Below, piece by piece: positions 27,880-37,268 of a stretch of 64,000 bases of DNA. Both the position numbers and the translations under genes were made by a program. Origin of the DNA: an uncultured Actinomycetes bacterium (GTDB lineage: Bacteria > Actinomycetota > UBA4738 > HRBIN12); assembly GCA_963816425.1 (NCBI GenBank), contig CAWFKP010000006.1:555678-619677 (forward strand), read 5' to 3'. Within the stretch, counting starts at the first letter, position 1. Every line of letters starts with the position of its first letter. The notes under the pieces were generated by a model. The model made no database searches, had not been told where the DNA came from, and saw only the letters and a list, made by a program, of their open reading frames with translations.

Positions 27880-28977
27880 GTGGATACCGACGAAGAACGC
27901 ATCGCACTGTTCCTGGACTACGAGAACCTGGCCATCGGGGCGCGGGAGGCGCTCGGCGGCCTCAGCTTCGACTTGAAGCCGGTGCTCGACGCGCTGGCCG
28001 AGCGCGGGCGGGTGATCGCCCGCAAGGCCTACGCGGACTGGTCCGCGTTCGATGAGGACCGCCGCATGCTCACCCGCGGCCACGTCGAGCTGATCGAGAT
28101 CCCCCAGCGGATGGGCGCCTCGCGCAAGAACGCCGCCGATATCAAGATGGCGGTCGACGCTCTGGAGATGGCGTTCGAACGCTCCTACATCACCACGTTC
28201 GTGATCTGCACGGGGGACAGCGACCTCACCCCACTGGTGCACAAGCTCCGAGAGCTGAACAAGCGCGTGATCGGCGTCGGCATCAAGGACTCGACCTCGG
28301 CCCTGTTGCCCCCCGCCTGCGACGAGTTCCTGTTCTACGACACGCTCGAGGGCGTGGACGTGCCCGAGGGCGCCGGGCGGCGTCGCAGCTCGTCTCGTGG
28401 CGGTCGATCGGGCGCGGCGAAGAAGCAGGCCGCCGCCGTCCCACCGCCGGCGGAGGAGACCGAGCCGGTCGAGCCGCGGACGTCGGGCGACATCGATGAG
28501 CTGGCGGTCCGCGTCGCCCAGACGGTCGCGGGCCTGGAGCGGACCTCCGGTGGCGCGGTGCTGGCCTCCACCGTGAAGCGGGCGCTGCTGCGCAAGGATC
28601 CGACCTTCAGCGAAGCCGAGTACGGGTTCCGGGCGTTCGGTGAACTCCTGCGGCACCTCGCCGATCGCAACGTGATCGAGCTCTCGGAAGGGTCCGCGAA
28701 GGGCGACCCCGAGGTCTCGCTGCCGACCCACGGCGGCGAGACCGAGGCCTTTGCGCTGCTCGGCTCGGTGGTCTCCGACCTCCAAGCAAAGAACACCGTG
28801 CCCCATCTATCGGGGCTGAAGAACAAGGTGCGCAAGGTGCAGCCGGACTTCAGCGAGAAGAAATACGGGTACAACGGGTTCCTGCAGTTCGCGAAGGCGG
28901 CCGCCACCCAGGGGTTCGTCACGCTCGAATGGGACCCCGACGACGGCGACTACGTCTTGGGCGTGTCCGGAGCCTGA
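27880..28977 (+). CDS. NYN (LabA-like PIN-fold) nuclease domain + two OST-HTH/LOTUS domains
   Basis: GTG 27880 (or 27871). NYN motifs ALFLDYENL and FVICTGDSDLTPLV, a Ser/Arg/Ala-rich linker, then two repeats of the LOTUS pattern (KDPTFSEAEYGFRAFGELL and VQPDFSEKKYGYNGFLQFA). Confidence 0.75.
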   Translation: MDTDEERIALFLDYENLAIGAREALGGLSFDLKPVLDALAERGRVIARKAYADWSAFDEDRRMLTRGHVELIEIPQRMGASRKNAADIKMAVDALEMAFERSYITTFVICTGDSDLTPLVHKLRELNKRVIGVGIKDSTSALLPPACDEFLFYDTLEGVDVPEGAGRRRSSSRGGRSGAAKKQAAAVPPPAEETEPVEPRTSGDIDELAVRVAQTVAGLERTSGGAVLASTVKRALLRKDPTFSEAEYGFRAFGELLRHLADRNVIELSEGSAKGDPEVSLPTHGGETEAFALLGSVVSDLQAKNTVPHLSGLKNKVRKVQPDFSEKKYGYNGFLQFAKAAATQGFVTLEWDPDDGDYVLGVSGA

Positions 28978-28985
28978 TCCACGGC

Positions 28986-30398
28986 ATGAGCGCCGAGCGC
29001 TTCGACCTCGTCGTGATCGGCGGCGGCGCCGCGGGGGAGAAGGGCGCCGCCCAGGCCGCCTACTTCGGCAAGCGCGTCGCGGTGGTGGAGCGGCGTGACC
29101 AGCCGGGCGGTGCCACCGTGCACACCGGCACCCTCCCGTCCAAGACTCTGCGCGAGGCGGCGTTGTTCCTGTCGGGGTATCGGCAACGCGATCTGTACGG
29201 GGTCTCCGTCGAGGTCGATCGCGATCTCGAGGTCGCCAAGCTCGTCCAGCGGAAGAACGCCGTGCGCGAGCTCGAAACCAACCGGATGCTCGCCAACCTC
29301 GATCGTCATCGTGTGGAGCTCGTCCACGGCACCGCACGGTTGCTCGATGCCACGACGGTCGAGGTCACGGGCGACGCCGGTTCGCGGACGCTCGTCGCCG
29401 ACGCGATCCTGATCGCGACGGGCTCGAGCCCCTTCCGGCCGCCGGGCATCCCGTTCGAGGACCCCGATGTGCACGACTCCGACACGATCCTGGAGATCGA
29501 CCGGCTGCCGTCGTCGCTTGCCGTGTTGGGCGGCGGGGTGGTCGGCTGCGAGTACGCCTCCATGTTCGCGGCGCTCGGCACCGAGATCCATCTGATCGAG
29601 CGCACGGCACCGTTGCTGCCGTTCCTGGATGCCGAGATCGTCGAGCGGATGACGGCCGGCATGGCGGATCTCGGCGTCTCCTTCGTGTTCGGCGAACGCG
29701 CCCAGACCGTGACCCGGCGCGGCGATGCGCTCGTCTGCGCGATGCCCTCGGGGATCGAGGTCGCGGCCGAGAAGGTGCTCGTCACCGCGGGTCGTGTCGG
29801 CAACACCGACGACCTCGGTCTCGAGGCGGTCGGGGTCGCGACCGACGAGCGAGGTCGGATCGTCGTCGACGAGCATTTCCGAACCTCGGCGTCCGGGGTC
29901 TATGCCGCGGGGGACGTGATCGGGGCACCGGCGCTCGCGTCGACCTCGATGGAGCAGGCGCGGGTCGCGGTGTGTCGGGCCTTCGACTTCGACTACAAGC
30001 AGGAGCTCTCGAGCCTGCTTCCCTACGGCGTCTACACGATCCCGGAGGTGAGTAGCGTCGGTCTGTCCGAGCGAGAGGCCGCCGATCGTGGGATCGACGC
30101 CGTGATCGGACGCGCGTCGTTCCGCGACAACGCGCGGGGAGAGATCATCGGCGACCGCGACGGGATGACCAAGCTCGTGTTCGATCGGTCCACGCGATGT
30201 CTGATCGGTTGCCATTGCGTCGGGGAGCGGGCGACCGAGCTGGTACACATCGGGCAGGCGGTGATGACGCTCGGCGGCACCGTCGAGACGTTCATCGAGA
30301 TGGTGTTCAATTACCCGACGCTGGCCGAGACCTACAAGTACGCGGCGTATGACGCACTCGCCGGGCTCGGCCCGGCTCGCGGATCGGGTGACGGGTGA
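28986..30398 (+). CDS. sthA: soluble pyridine nucleotide transhydrogenase-like FAD/NAD(P) oxidoreductase
   Basis: DLVVIGGGAAGEKGA, GTLPSKTLREA (no redox-active Cys pair), a second Rossmann fold VLGGGVVGCEYA, and the dimerisation motif YNYPTLAETYK. Confidence 0.75.
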   Translation: MSAERFDLVVIGGGAAGEKGAAQAAYFGKRVAVVERRDQPGGATVHTGTLPSKTLREAALFLSGYRQRDLYGVSVEVDRDLEVAKLVQRKNAVRELETNRMLANLDRHRVELVHGTARLLDATTVEVTGDAGSRTLVADAILIATGSSPFRPPGIPFEDPDVHDSDTILEIDRLPSSLAVLGGGVVGCEYASMFAALGTEIHLIERTAPLLPFLDAEIVERMTAGMADLGVSFVFGERAQTVTRRGDALVCAMPSGIEVAAEKVLVTAGRVGNTDDLGLEAVGVATDERGRIVVDEHFRTSASGVYAAGDVIGAPALASTSMEQARVAVCRAFDFDYKQELSSLLPYGVYTIPEVSSVGLSEREAADRGIDAVIGRASFRDNARGEIIGDRDGMTKLVFDRSTRCLIGCHCVGERATELVHIGQAVMTLGGTVETFIEMVFNYPTLAETYKYAAYDALAGLGPARGSGDG

Positions 30399-30404
30399 TC
30401 TGCT

Positions 30405-31094
30405 CTAGCTGGCCAGCCCGTTGATCGACCAGGCGATCACCAGGATGGCGATGAGCAGCGAGATGACCGACTCGGCCATCATCGTCATCTTGGCCCACGT
30501 CTGCACCGGGAGCGTGTCGGTCGGGCTGAACGCGGTGGCGTTCGTGAACGACAGGTAGAGGTAGTCGGGATAGGTCGGGATCCATCCGTCCTTCACCAAC
30601 TCGGGCATCGCATCCTCAGGGAATCCGAAGCTCGGTCGGATCGCGGACGCTGCCGCGCGCTCGGCGGCTCCCCCTCGGTCGATCTCCCAGTACCACAGGC
30701 TGAACACGAGCACGTTGGTCACCCAGAGGGCGGCGCCTCGTCCGAGCAACGCCGTGGCGCTGGCCACGCTCACGAAGTTGGGGTCGAGGATGTCGACCAT
30801 CAGCAGCGCGAGGCCGCCCAGCGTCCCGATCGTCATGACGATCAACAAGATGAACATGGCGCGTCGGGCCTGCCGCGTCCTGCGGTCGATCCGTCCCGGA
30901 TCACGCAGGATCACCGCGCCCAGGGCCAGCAGTTCGAACACCGGGAGCACCCACCAGGCGAGGATGCGCCCCTCCCTGGGGGCGATCCACTGCAGCACGA
31001 CCGTCGCCAGCACGGCGGCCGCCATCGGCCAGCGTTTCTCGGCTGTGCGCTTCACCGGTGCGTCGCTCGTCGGTTCTCCGGCTGCGCTGTCCAC
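30405..31094 (-). CDS. DUF1345-like membrane protein
   Basis: GTG 31094 inside ORF 30405-31682. 229 aa with 5-6 TM segments and the motifs WYWEIDRGG and YLSFTNATAFSPTD. Confidence 0.6.
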   Translation of the reverse strand: MDSAAGEPTSDAPVKRTAEKRWPMAAAVLATVVLQWIAPREGRILAWWVLPVFELLALGAVILRDPGRIDRRTRQARRAMFILLIVMTIGTLGGLALLMVDILDPNFVSVASATALLGRGAALWVTNVLVFSLWYWEIDRGGAAERAAASAIRPSFGFPEDAMPELVKDGWIPTYPDYLYLSFTNATAFSPTDTLPVQTWAKMTMMAESVISLLIAILVIAWSINGLAS

Positions 31095-31111
31095 GGTCGC
31101 CTCTCTCGATG

Positions 31112-31714
31112 TCAGAGCGACTGGCAGGCGGGCGCGCTGTCGATCGCGGCGGAGAGCTCGGCGTTCTGGACCGAGCCGATCGCATCCGAGATGTCCTGCC
31201 CTCCCTGTTGGAGCTGCGGTGCCAGACTCGCAACCGCCGTGGCCATCGCGGCGGGGTTGGTCGTGTCGAGCGACTGCACGGTGGACAGCACGCTTTGGAA
31301 CAGGGTCTGCACGTTCGTGAGGGCGGTCTCGATCGCGGCGGTCGCATCTTCGGCACCTGCGGGTGCGCCGAGCGCGTGGATCTGATCGAGCATGGTCTGG
31401 GTGTCCTGCACGGCGGACGTCATGAACGACTCGAGGGCGTCCTTGGCGTCCTGGGGCGTCGTGGTCCCGGCGGTGATCGAGGCCTGGAGCTCCTTGTTGC
31501 CGTCGGCGAGGCTCTTCTGCCATTGATCGATGCTCGTGCACAGTCCCTCCGCGTAGGTCGCCGCGTCGGTGGCGGCGGCCGAGACGCTGGTCGACGCGGT
31601 GACGCTCGGGGCGGTCGATGAGGCGACCGCCGTCGAGGAGGACGAGGTCGACGAGCACGCCGCGAGCAGGACGGTGGCGCACGCGAGCGCGGCGAGCGAC
31701 GTGGCGCGGGTCAT
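31112..31714 (-). CDS. lipoprotein, Ser/Thr-rich linker + helical domain with Cys pair
   Basis: Lipobox LLAAC, S/T/A-rich linker, helical Q/T/A-rich body. Cys at AEGLCTSI and at APACQSL near the C-terminus. Confidence 0.6.
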   Translation of the reverse strand: MTRATSLAALACATVLLAACSSTSSSSTAVASSTAPSVTASTSVSAAATDAATYAEGLCTSIDQWQKSLADGNKELQASITAGTTTPQDAKDALESFMTSAVQDTQTMLDQIHALGAPAGAEDATAAIETALTNVQTLFQSVLSTVQSLDTTNPAAMATAVASLAPQLQQGGQDISDAIGSVQNAELSAAIDSAPACQSL

Positions 31715-31771
31715 GGGCCTCTCCCGTGTGGGCTTCCGGAGGTGAACCCTAGCAGTGCGTGCCGAGCCCGG

Positions 31772-31957
31772 TCAGCGGGTTTCGAGCGGGTGGCGATGCA
31801 CCGGCACCGAGTGCAGCCAGCAGGTCGTTTCCTTGTTGTAGGTCGACAGCACGGTCACGCATCCCGGCTCCGAGCAGTGGCGGCCGCGCTGGCTCTGTGC
31901 CCCTTTGCCGGTGTCGGGTGATCCGTACCGGACGCCGGATGCATTGGCTCTGGTCAT
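31772..31957 (-). CDS. small basic CCCH (zinc-ribbon-like) protein
   Basis: 61 aa. GAGGGAG lies 5 nt upstream of ATG 31957. The motif HCSEPGCVTVLSTYNKETTCWLH gives a C-X4-C ... C-X2-H ligand pattern. Confidence 0.5.
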   Translation of the reverse strand: MTRANASGVRYGSPDTGKGAQSQRGRHCSEPGCVTVLSTYNKETTCWLHSVPVHRHPLETR

Positions 31958-32158
31958 CGGGGCTCCCTCGCTCGACGGTGGGCGATCCGTCGAGGGGGCG
32001 GGACGAGCGGCTCGGGGGCCACTGCCGGTCCCGCCTCTGGCGAACCCTCGGCTCGAACCGAGGAATCAAGCGTACTACCCCTGTCGGAACCGGGGCCGGC
32101 CGTTCGTCGTTCTGGTCGGATGGCCCGCATCGGACGGGTCACGGAAGGAGGGAACGGC

Positions 32159-32473
32159 ATGGCGAAGTACCTCTTGCTGTACGAGGGTGGCAGCATGCCC
32201 GAGACCGAAGCGGCGCAGGCCGCCGTGATGCAGGCCTGGGAGTCGTGGTTCCAGCAGATCGGCGGCGCGGTGGCCGACGCGGGCAACCCGTTCACGCCGG
32301 CCTCGAAGCGGATCACGGCCGACGGGTCGATCTCCGCAGGCACCGGCAGCGCCTCCGGGTACTCGATCCTCGAGGCGGACTCGCTCGACGCGGCCACGGA
32401 CCTCGCGAAGGGCTGCCCCGTCCTCGCGGGCGGCGCCTCGATCTCGGTCTACGAGACGTTCGAGGTCATGTAG
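32159..32473 (+). CDS. YciI-like small alpha/beta protein (putative)
   Basis: GGAAGGAGGG precedes ATG 32159. MAKYLLLYEGGSMPETE ... AWESWFQQIGGAVADAGNPF ... GYSILEADSLDAA pattern. Family name is recalled, not searched. Confidence 0.5.
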   Translation: MAKYLLLYEGGSMPETEAAQAAVMQAWESWFQQIGGAVADAGNPFTPASKRITADGSISAGTGSASGYSILEADSLDAATDLAKGCPVLAGGASISVYETFEVM

Positions 32474-33756
32474 CACGGGTGGCGCCGGGCCCGCGCTCCG
32501 CGGCGGGCCCGGCACCCAGCCGCGCCGCGATCCGATCCGCCACGACGGTGGCGTCCTCGTTGGCGCCCCACAGGATCGAGCTTCGGCGCGTCCGCAGGAA
32601 ATGCACCCCCATGAAGTAGAGCCCTGCGACGACGCTGCTCTCGCCGTCGGTCTGCAGCGGGAAGCCCAGCTCGTCGAACGCCTCCGGCCAGGGCAGCCAC
32701 GTTCCGTACGCCGGACGGAACCCGCCCGCGAACACCACGGTCGAGAACCGGTCGATCGGGACCTCGGTCGGCGCGTCCGCCACGAACGGGGCGGGCGGCG
32801 GCAGCTCGACGGGATCGAGCCCGCGCTCGGCCACCACGCGTCGGACCTGTTCGCCGAACTGCCGGTAGCGCTCGTCCGCCCAGGCGACCGACGCCTCGAG
32901 GTCGTCGGCGAACCGAACCACGCCGCCCTCGACGCCCGCGAAGTGACCGGTGAGCGTCAGACCGTCGCGTTGCAACGTGCGGTAGTGCAGGTCGTGGCCG
33001 CCGCCGCGGCCGGTGGCCAGGACGTTGGCCCACAGGCGAGCGCTCGGGTCGGGCAGGGTCGCCACCGACTGGTGGAGGAACCCGGTCGCATCGCGCCCAC
33101 CACGCCATGTCGTGGCCGCCGAACCGGCGAGGCAGCCACCACGCCTTCCCACACGACAGCACCACGTCGCGACCGGCACCGTGCAGTTCCTCGGCGAGCT
33201 GCATGCCCGTCTGCCCGCTCCCGACGATCAGCACGCCGCCGTCGGGCAGCTGATCCGGGCGGCGGTAGGTCCCGGCATCCGCCGTGTAGAGGACGTCGGC
33301 GATCGGGGCCGCGCCGCGAGGATGATGCGGCCGCTGATAGGCACCGCTCGCGACGACGAGCACGCGAGCGGAGATCGGGCCCTGCGTCGTGTGCAGCGCG
33401 AACCCGTCATCGACCGAGCGCACGCCCACGACGTCCACGTCCTCGCGAACGAGGGCCGCACCCGCGGCCGCGTATCGCTCGAGGAAGCCGGCGATCTCGT
33501 CGCGGGCCATGTAGCCGTCGGGATCGTCGCCGTCGTACCCGCCTTCGGGAAGATCGATCAACCAGTTCGGCGTCACCAGACAGAACGAATCCCACCGCTC
33601 GCGCCAGGTCTGCGCGATCCGACCGCGCTCGAGGACGACGTGCTCGATCCCGCGCCCGGCGAGCGCACGGCTGATCGACAACCCCGCATGGCCCGCACCG
33701 ACGATGACGACGTCCTGCGTCTCCACGCCGGGAAGTATGTCCTGACGATCAGGCAT
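32466..33756 (-). pseudogene. flavin-containing monooxygenase-like FAD/NAD(P) oxidoreductase, frame broken near 33090-33100
   Basis: N-terminal two thirds lie in ORF 32449-34080 (VVIVGAGHAGLS, LIVGSGQTGMQLAEEL, ...HDMAWWA). The C-terminal third continues in ORF 32466-33179 (RDATGFLHQSVATLPDP ... GLYFMGVHFL). Confidence 0.7.
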
Positions 33757-33784
33757 GCGTCTCGGCCCGTGGGTCGGATGTCGC

Positions 33785-36207
33785 CTATGCGCGCAGCCGC
33801 TCGCCGGTCGGGTCGAACAGCGGTTCCTCCGCCACCCGCGCCGGCAGCATCCGATCGAAGTACGCGATCGCGACGGCAGCGCCAAGGCCGATGGACCGGG
33901 GGACCCAGGCATAGGCGATGCTCCGCTCGATCGACGCGCCCCACCCCGCGCTCGTGACGTACCCGACCGGCTCGCGATCGACGAGCACGGGTTCGGCGCC
34001 CATCGCGACCTGCTCGTCCTCGACCACGAGACAGCGCAGGACGCGAGGGGCCACGGGTCGCCGCGCGAGCGCCTCCCCACCCAGGAAGTCGGTGTCGGTG
34101 CGACGGATCGTGAACGCGAGCCCCGCCTCCTCGGGGCCGTGCTCTCGGGTCATGTCGGTTCCCCAGGCGCGATAGCCCTTCTCGAGGCGAAGCGTGCCGA
34201 GCGCCGCCCTTCCGGCCGCGATCAGACCGTGCGGACGACCGGCATCCCAGAGCGCCTCCCACAGCGCGGCGCCCCCGGCGGCCTCGGTGGTCAGTTCCCA
34301 ACCGAGCTCGCCCGTATACGAGATCCGGACCGCGTCGACCTCGACGCCGGCCACGGACAGACGTCTGCGCGGTCAGATAGGGGAAGGCTTCGTTGGAGAC
34401 GTCGGTCTCGGTGAGGGACGTCAGGATGTCGCGTGCGCGTGGGCCCCATACGGCGGCACAGGCCCGCTCCTCGGTCACATCTCGGACGATGACGTCGGCG
34501 GGCGCGTGCGCACGGAGCCACGCGATGTCTCGCGGGCCGTTGCCGCCGAGCACGAACCGATCCGCAGCCATCCGCGCCACCGTGACGTCGGAGACGATCC
34601 CGCCATGCCGGTTGAGCATGAGGCCGTACGTCACCGCCCCGACCGGGCGATCGACACGCCCGGCCACCATCCGGCGCAGGAACGACGCCGCGCCGGCGCC
34701 GGTCACCTCGATGCGCGTCAGCGGAGTCATGTCGAACAGGCCCGCGCGCTCCCGCACCGTCAGATGCTCGGCGATCGCGATCGGCGACCAGTGGCGGGCC
34801 GACCACGCGTCGCGGGCTGGGATCGACTCACCGACCAGGCCCTCGTTCGTCGCGTACCACTGCGGGCGTTCCCAGGTGGCGACGTCGACGAACACGGCAC
34901 CGAGCGCGCGCTCGTGATCGGCGAACGCGCTGTATCGGATCTCGCGCGCCGAGCCGTGGGGCTCCGCCGGGTGATGCGCCACATACACATCCACGTATTG
35001 ATCGGTGCACCGCGGCTCGACGAAGCTCGGCTCGAGCTCTGCGCGCGTCGAAGCGCGAGAGATCGGCCGGTGAGGGGTCGATCGCGGGGTCCCGGTCCGT
35101 CAGCAGGTCGGCCACGATCTGGGCGACGCCCACCGAGTGCGTCACCCACACCGATTCCGCCACCCAGAACCCCACCAGGTCGGGGTGCTCCCCGATGAGC
35201 GGGTAGCCGTCGGGCGTGAACCCGAACACGCCGTTGAACCGGCGCTCGACCGACGCGGCGGCGAGGGCGGGCATGAACGCACACGACAGGCGCCACGCCT
35301 CGGCGAAGTCCTCCTCGGTGAAGTCGAACGCGAGGCTCGCCTCGGTGTTGCGCGGATGGCTGTCCAGTTCGGCGGGATCGACCGGGAGGCCCCGGTGGTG
35401 GAACGAGCCGATCCCGACGCGGTCGCCGTAGTCGCGGTAGTAGACGCCGATGTCGTGGTGGCGGACGATCGGCCGCGCCGCCTCGCGCCCTGCGCCGTCC
35501 GCCAGCTCCGGCAGCGCCGACGTGACCGCGTACTGGTGCTCCATGGGAAGCATCGGCAGTTGCAGGCCGACCGACGCGGCGATCGCAGGGCCCCAGACGC
35601 CCGCGCAGCACACGACGACGTCGGCGCCGATCGTGTCGCCCGAGACCGTGCGCACGCCGGTGACGTGGCCGCCGTCGGTGACGACGGCGGCCACCTGGGT
35701 CTCGCCGACGAAGCGCGCGCCGCCTTCGGCGGCGCGCGCAGCCTGGGCCGCGACACCACGCAACGCGACCGCCAGACCCTCGTCGGTCGTGTGGTAGGCG
35801 CCGAGCAGGCCCTCGGGCTCGATGATCGGCCACAGCGAAACGGCCTCGTCTGCATCGATCATCCTGCCGCGCCACCCGAAGGACTGCGCCGCGCCCCACC
35901 GCCGCCAGAGCTCGGCGAGTCGCGCCTCGTTGTAGGCGACCTCCAGCGTGCCGACCCGCAGGAGCGCCTGACCGCCTTCGAAGGACAGCGCGTCGAAGGT
36001 GCGGATCGTCGCATCGGCGGTCTCGCTCATGAACTTCGAGGCGCTGGTGCGACTGACGAGCCCGGGGGCGTGTGCGGAGGAGCCCCCGGTCGCGAAGAGC
36101 GGCCCCTTGTCCAGCACCAGCACGTCGCGTTCGCCGCGTGCCACCAGCTGGTCGGCGAGGGCCGCGCCCACCACGCCCGCGCCGATCACCACGATCCGGC
36201 GGCTCAT
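33785..36207 (-). pseudogene. dimethylglycine/sarcosine dehydrogenase-like FAD oxidoreductase + GcvT-fold protein (copy 2), two frame breaks
   Basis: ATG 36207 (MSRRIVVIGAGVVGAA) in an ATGA overlap with the upstream small gene. The frame switches at the GCGCGCG run ~35040-35047 (DLSRFDAR / AELEPSFVEPRCTDQYVDVYVAHHP) and near 34352-34362 (FPYLTAQTSV / VAGVEVDAVRISYTGELGWEL). Confidence 0.75.
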
Positions 36208-36455
36208 GGCTCGGCGTCGTCGGGCGGCTCGAGGATCGCCTGCGCGACCGCGGCGGCTTCCTCGCGCTTCGTGCGGTCGACGAACACGTGGTACTCGCGG
36301 TCCAGGAACGCGAGGAAGCCGCCCGAAGGCGGCTTCACCCACCACACGATGTCCTCGGCCTCGAGGGCGCGGCCGATCGCGTCGGCGTGCTCGAGGGTGC
36401 AGGCGCACAGGTGGACCGTGCGCACATCCGGTGGGACATCCCAGACGCGCTTCAC
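36204..36455 (-). CDS. small hypothetical protein (DUF2007-like fold suspected), translationally coupled to DMGDH-like copy 2
   Basis: 83-aa ORF (GTG 36455; alternative GTG 36425) with high GC3. Stop overlaps the downstream ATG. The beta-alpha pattern VHLCACTLEHADAIGRALEAEDI is only weakly suggestive. Confidence 0.4.
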   Translation of the reverse strand: MKRVWDVPPDVRTVHLCACTLEHADAIGRALEAEDIVWWVKPPSGGFLAFLDREYHVFVDRTKREEAAAVAQAILEPPDDAEP

Positions 36456-36470
36456 GCGTCGGCGCGGTTC

Positions 36471-36722
36471 CTAGTCCTCGTCGGCAGCTTCCGACGCGGC
36501 GACCGCGATCTCGGCCTCCGCGACGGCGTCGGACGCGAGGTCCTCGGCAACGACCTCTTCGACGATCGCTTCGGCGGCGAGCTCGTCGGCCGCCGCATAC
36601 AGCGCCTCGGCCTCGACGGCCTTCTCGACGGCGTCCTCGTGCAGCGCCTCCGCGACCACCGCATCCTCGACGGCGTCCTCGGCGATGGCCTCCGCAGCCT
36701 GCTCCATCTCTTCGTCCGGCAT
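36471..36722 (-). CDS. highly acidic Ala/Glu/Asp-rich small protein
   Basis: GGAAGGAG lies 7 nt upstream of ATG 36722. 83 aa with quasi-repeats AEDAVEDAVVAEA / HEDAVEKAVEAEA / AEAIVEEVVAED. GC3 is high, consistent with coding. Confidence 0.5.
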   Translation of the reverse strand: MPDEEMEQAAEAIAEDAVEDAVVAEALHEDAVEKAVEAEALYAAADELAAEAIVEEVVAEDLASDAVAEAEIAVAASEAADED

Positions 36723-36824
36723 GGTGCGCTCCTTCCGTCGGTGGTTCGGGGGGCGGAGGCTAACACGCCTGCTTCGGGCGAGCATCTGCGAAGATGCGGC
36801 CATGTCGAACCCAGGAGATCGTCG

Positions 36825-37268
36825 ATGACCTCGTCTCGGACCCGTTGTGCGCCCGTGCTCCGGATCGTCGCCCCCGTGGTGGTGGCCGTCGTGCTGGCCG
36901 CCTGCTCCTCGAGCGCGAGCTCCTCCTCGTCGTCGTTGACCGGCGCTGCCCTCGAGGCGGCCAAGGGTGCGGTGTGCTCGCAGCTCACCGCCGCGTCGAC
37001 CTCGCTGGGCGAGGCGGCGGCCGGGCAGAGCGGCGATCTGCAGACGAGGGCGGAGTCGCTCGCCAGCAGCCTGCAGACCGCTGCCGGTGCCCTCAAGGCG
37101 GTCGGGGGCGGCACCCTCGCGGACAACATCACGTCGGTGGCGACGGACATCCAGCAGCTCGCCACCACCGCTCCCGGCGAGATCCAGACCAAGGCGACGG
37201 ACGCCAAGGCGAAGGTCGACGCCGCGGCGACGTCGCTGTCGTGCCCGGGGGCGTCGCCCGCCGGCTAG
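36825..37268 (+). CDS. lipoprotein, Ser-rich linker + helical domain with Cys pair (architectural paralogue of 31112-31714)
   Basis: ATG 36825 inside ORF 36072-37268. Lipobox VLAAC, poly-Ser linker, Cys at GAVCSQL and at SLSCPG near the C-terminus. Confidence 0.55.
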   Translation: MTSSRTRCAPVLRIVAPVVVAVVLAACSSSASSSSSSLTGAALEAAKGAVCSQLTAASTSLGEAAAGQSGDLQTRAESLASSLQTAAGALKAVGGGTLADNITSVATDIQQLATTAPGEIQTKATDAKAKVDAAATSLSCPGASPAG

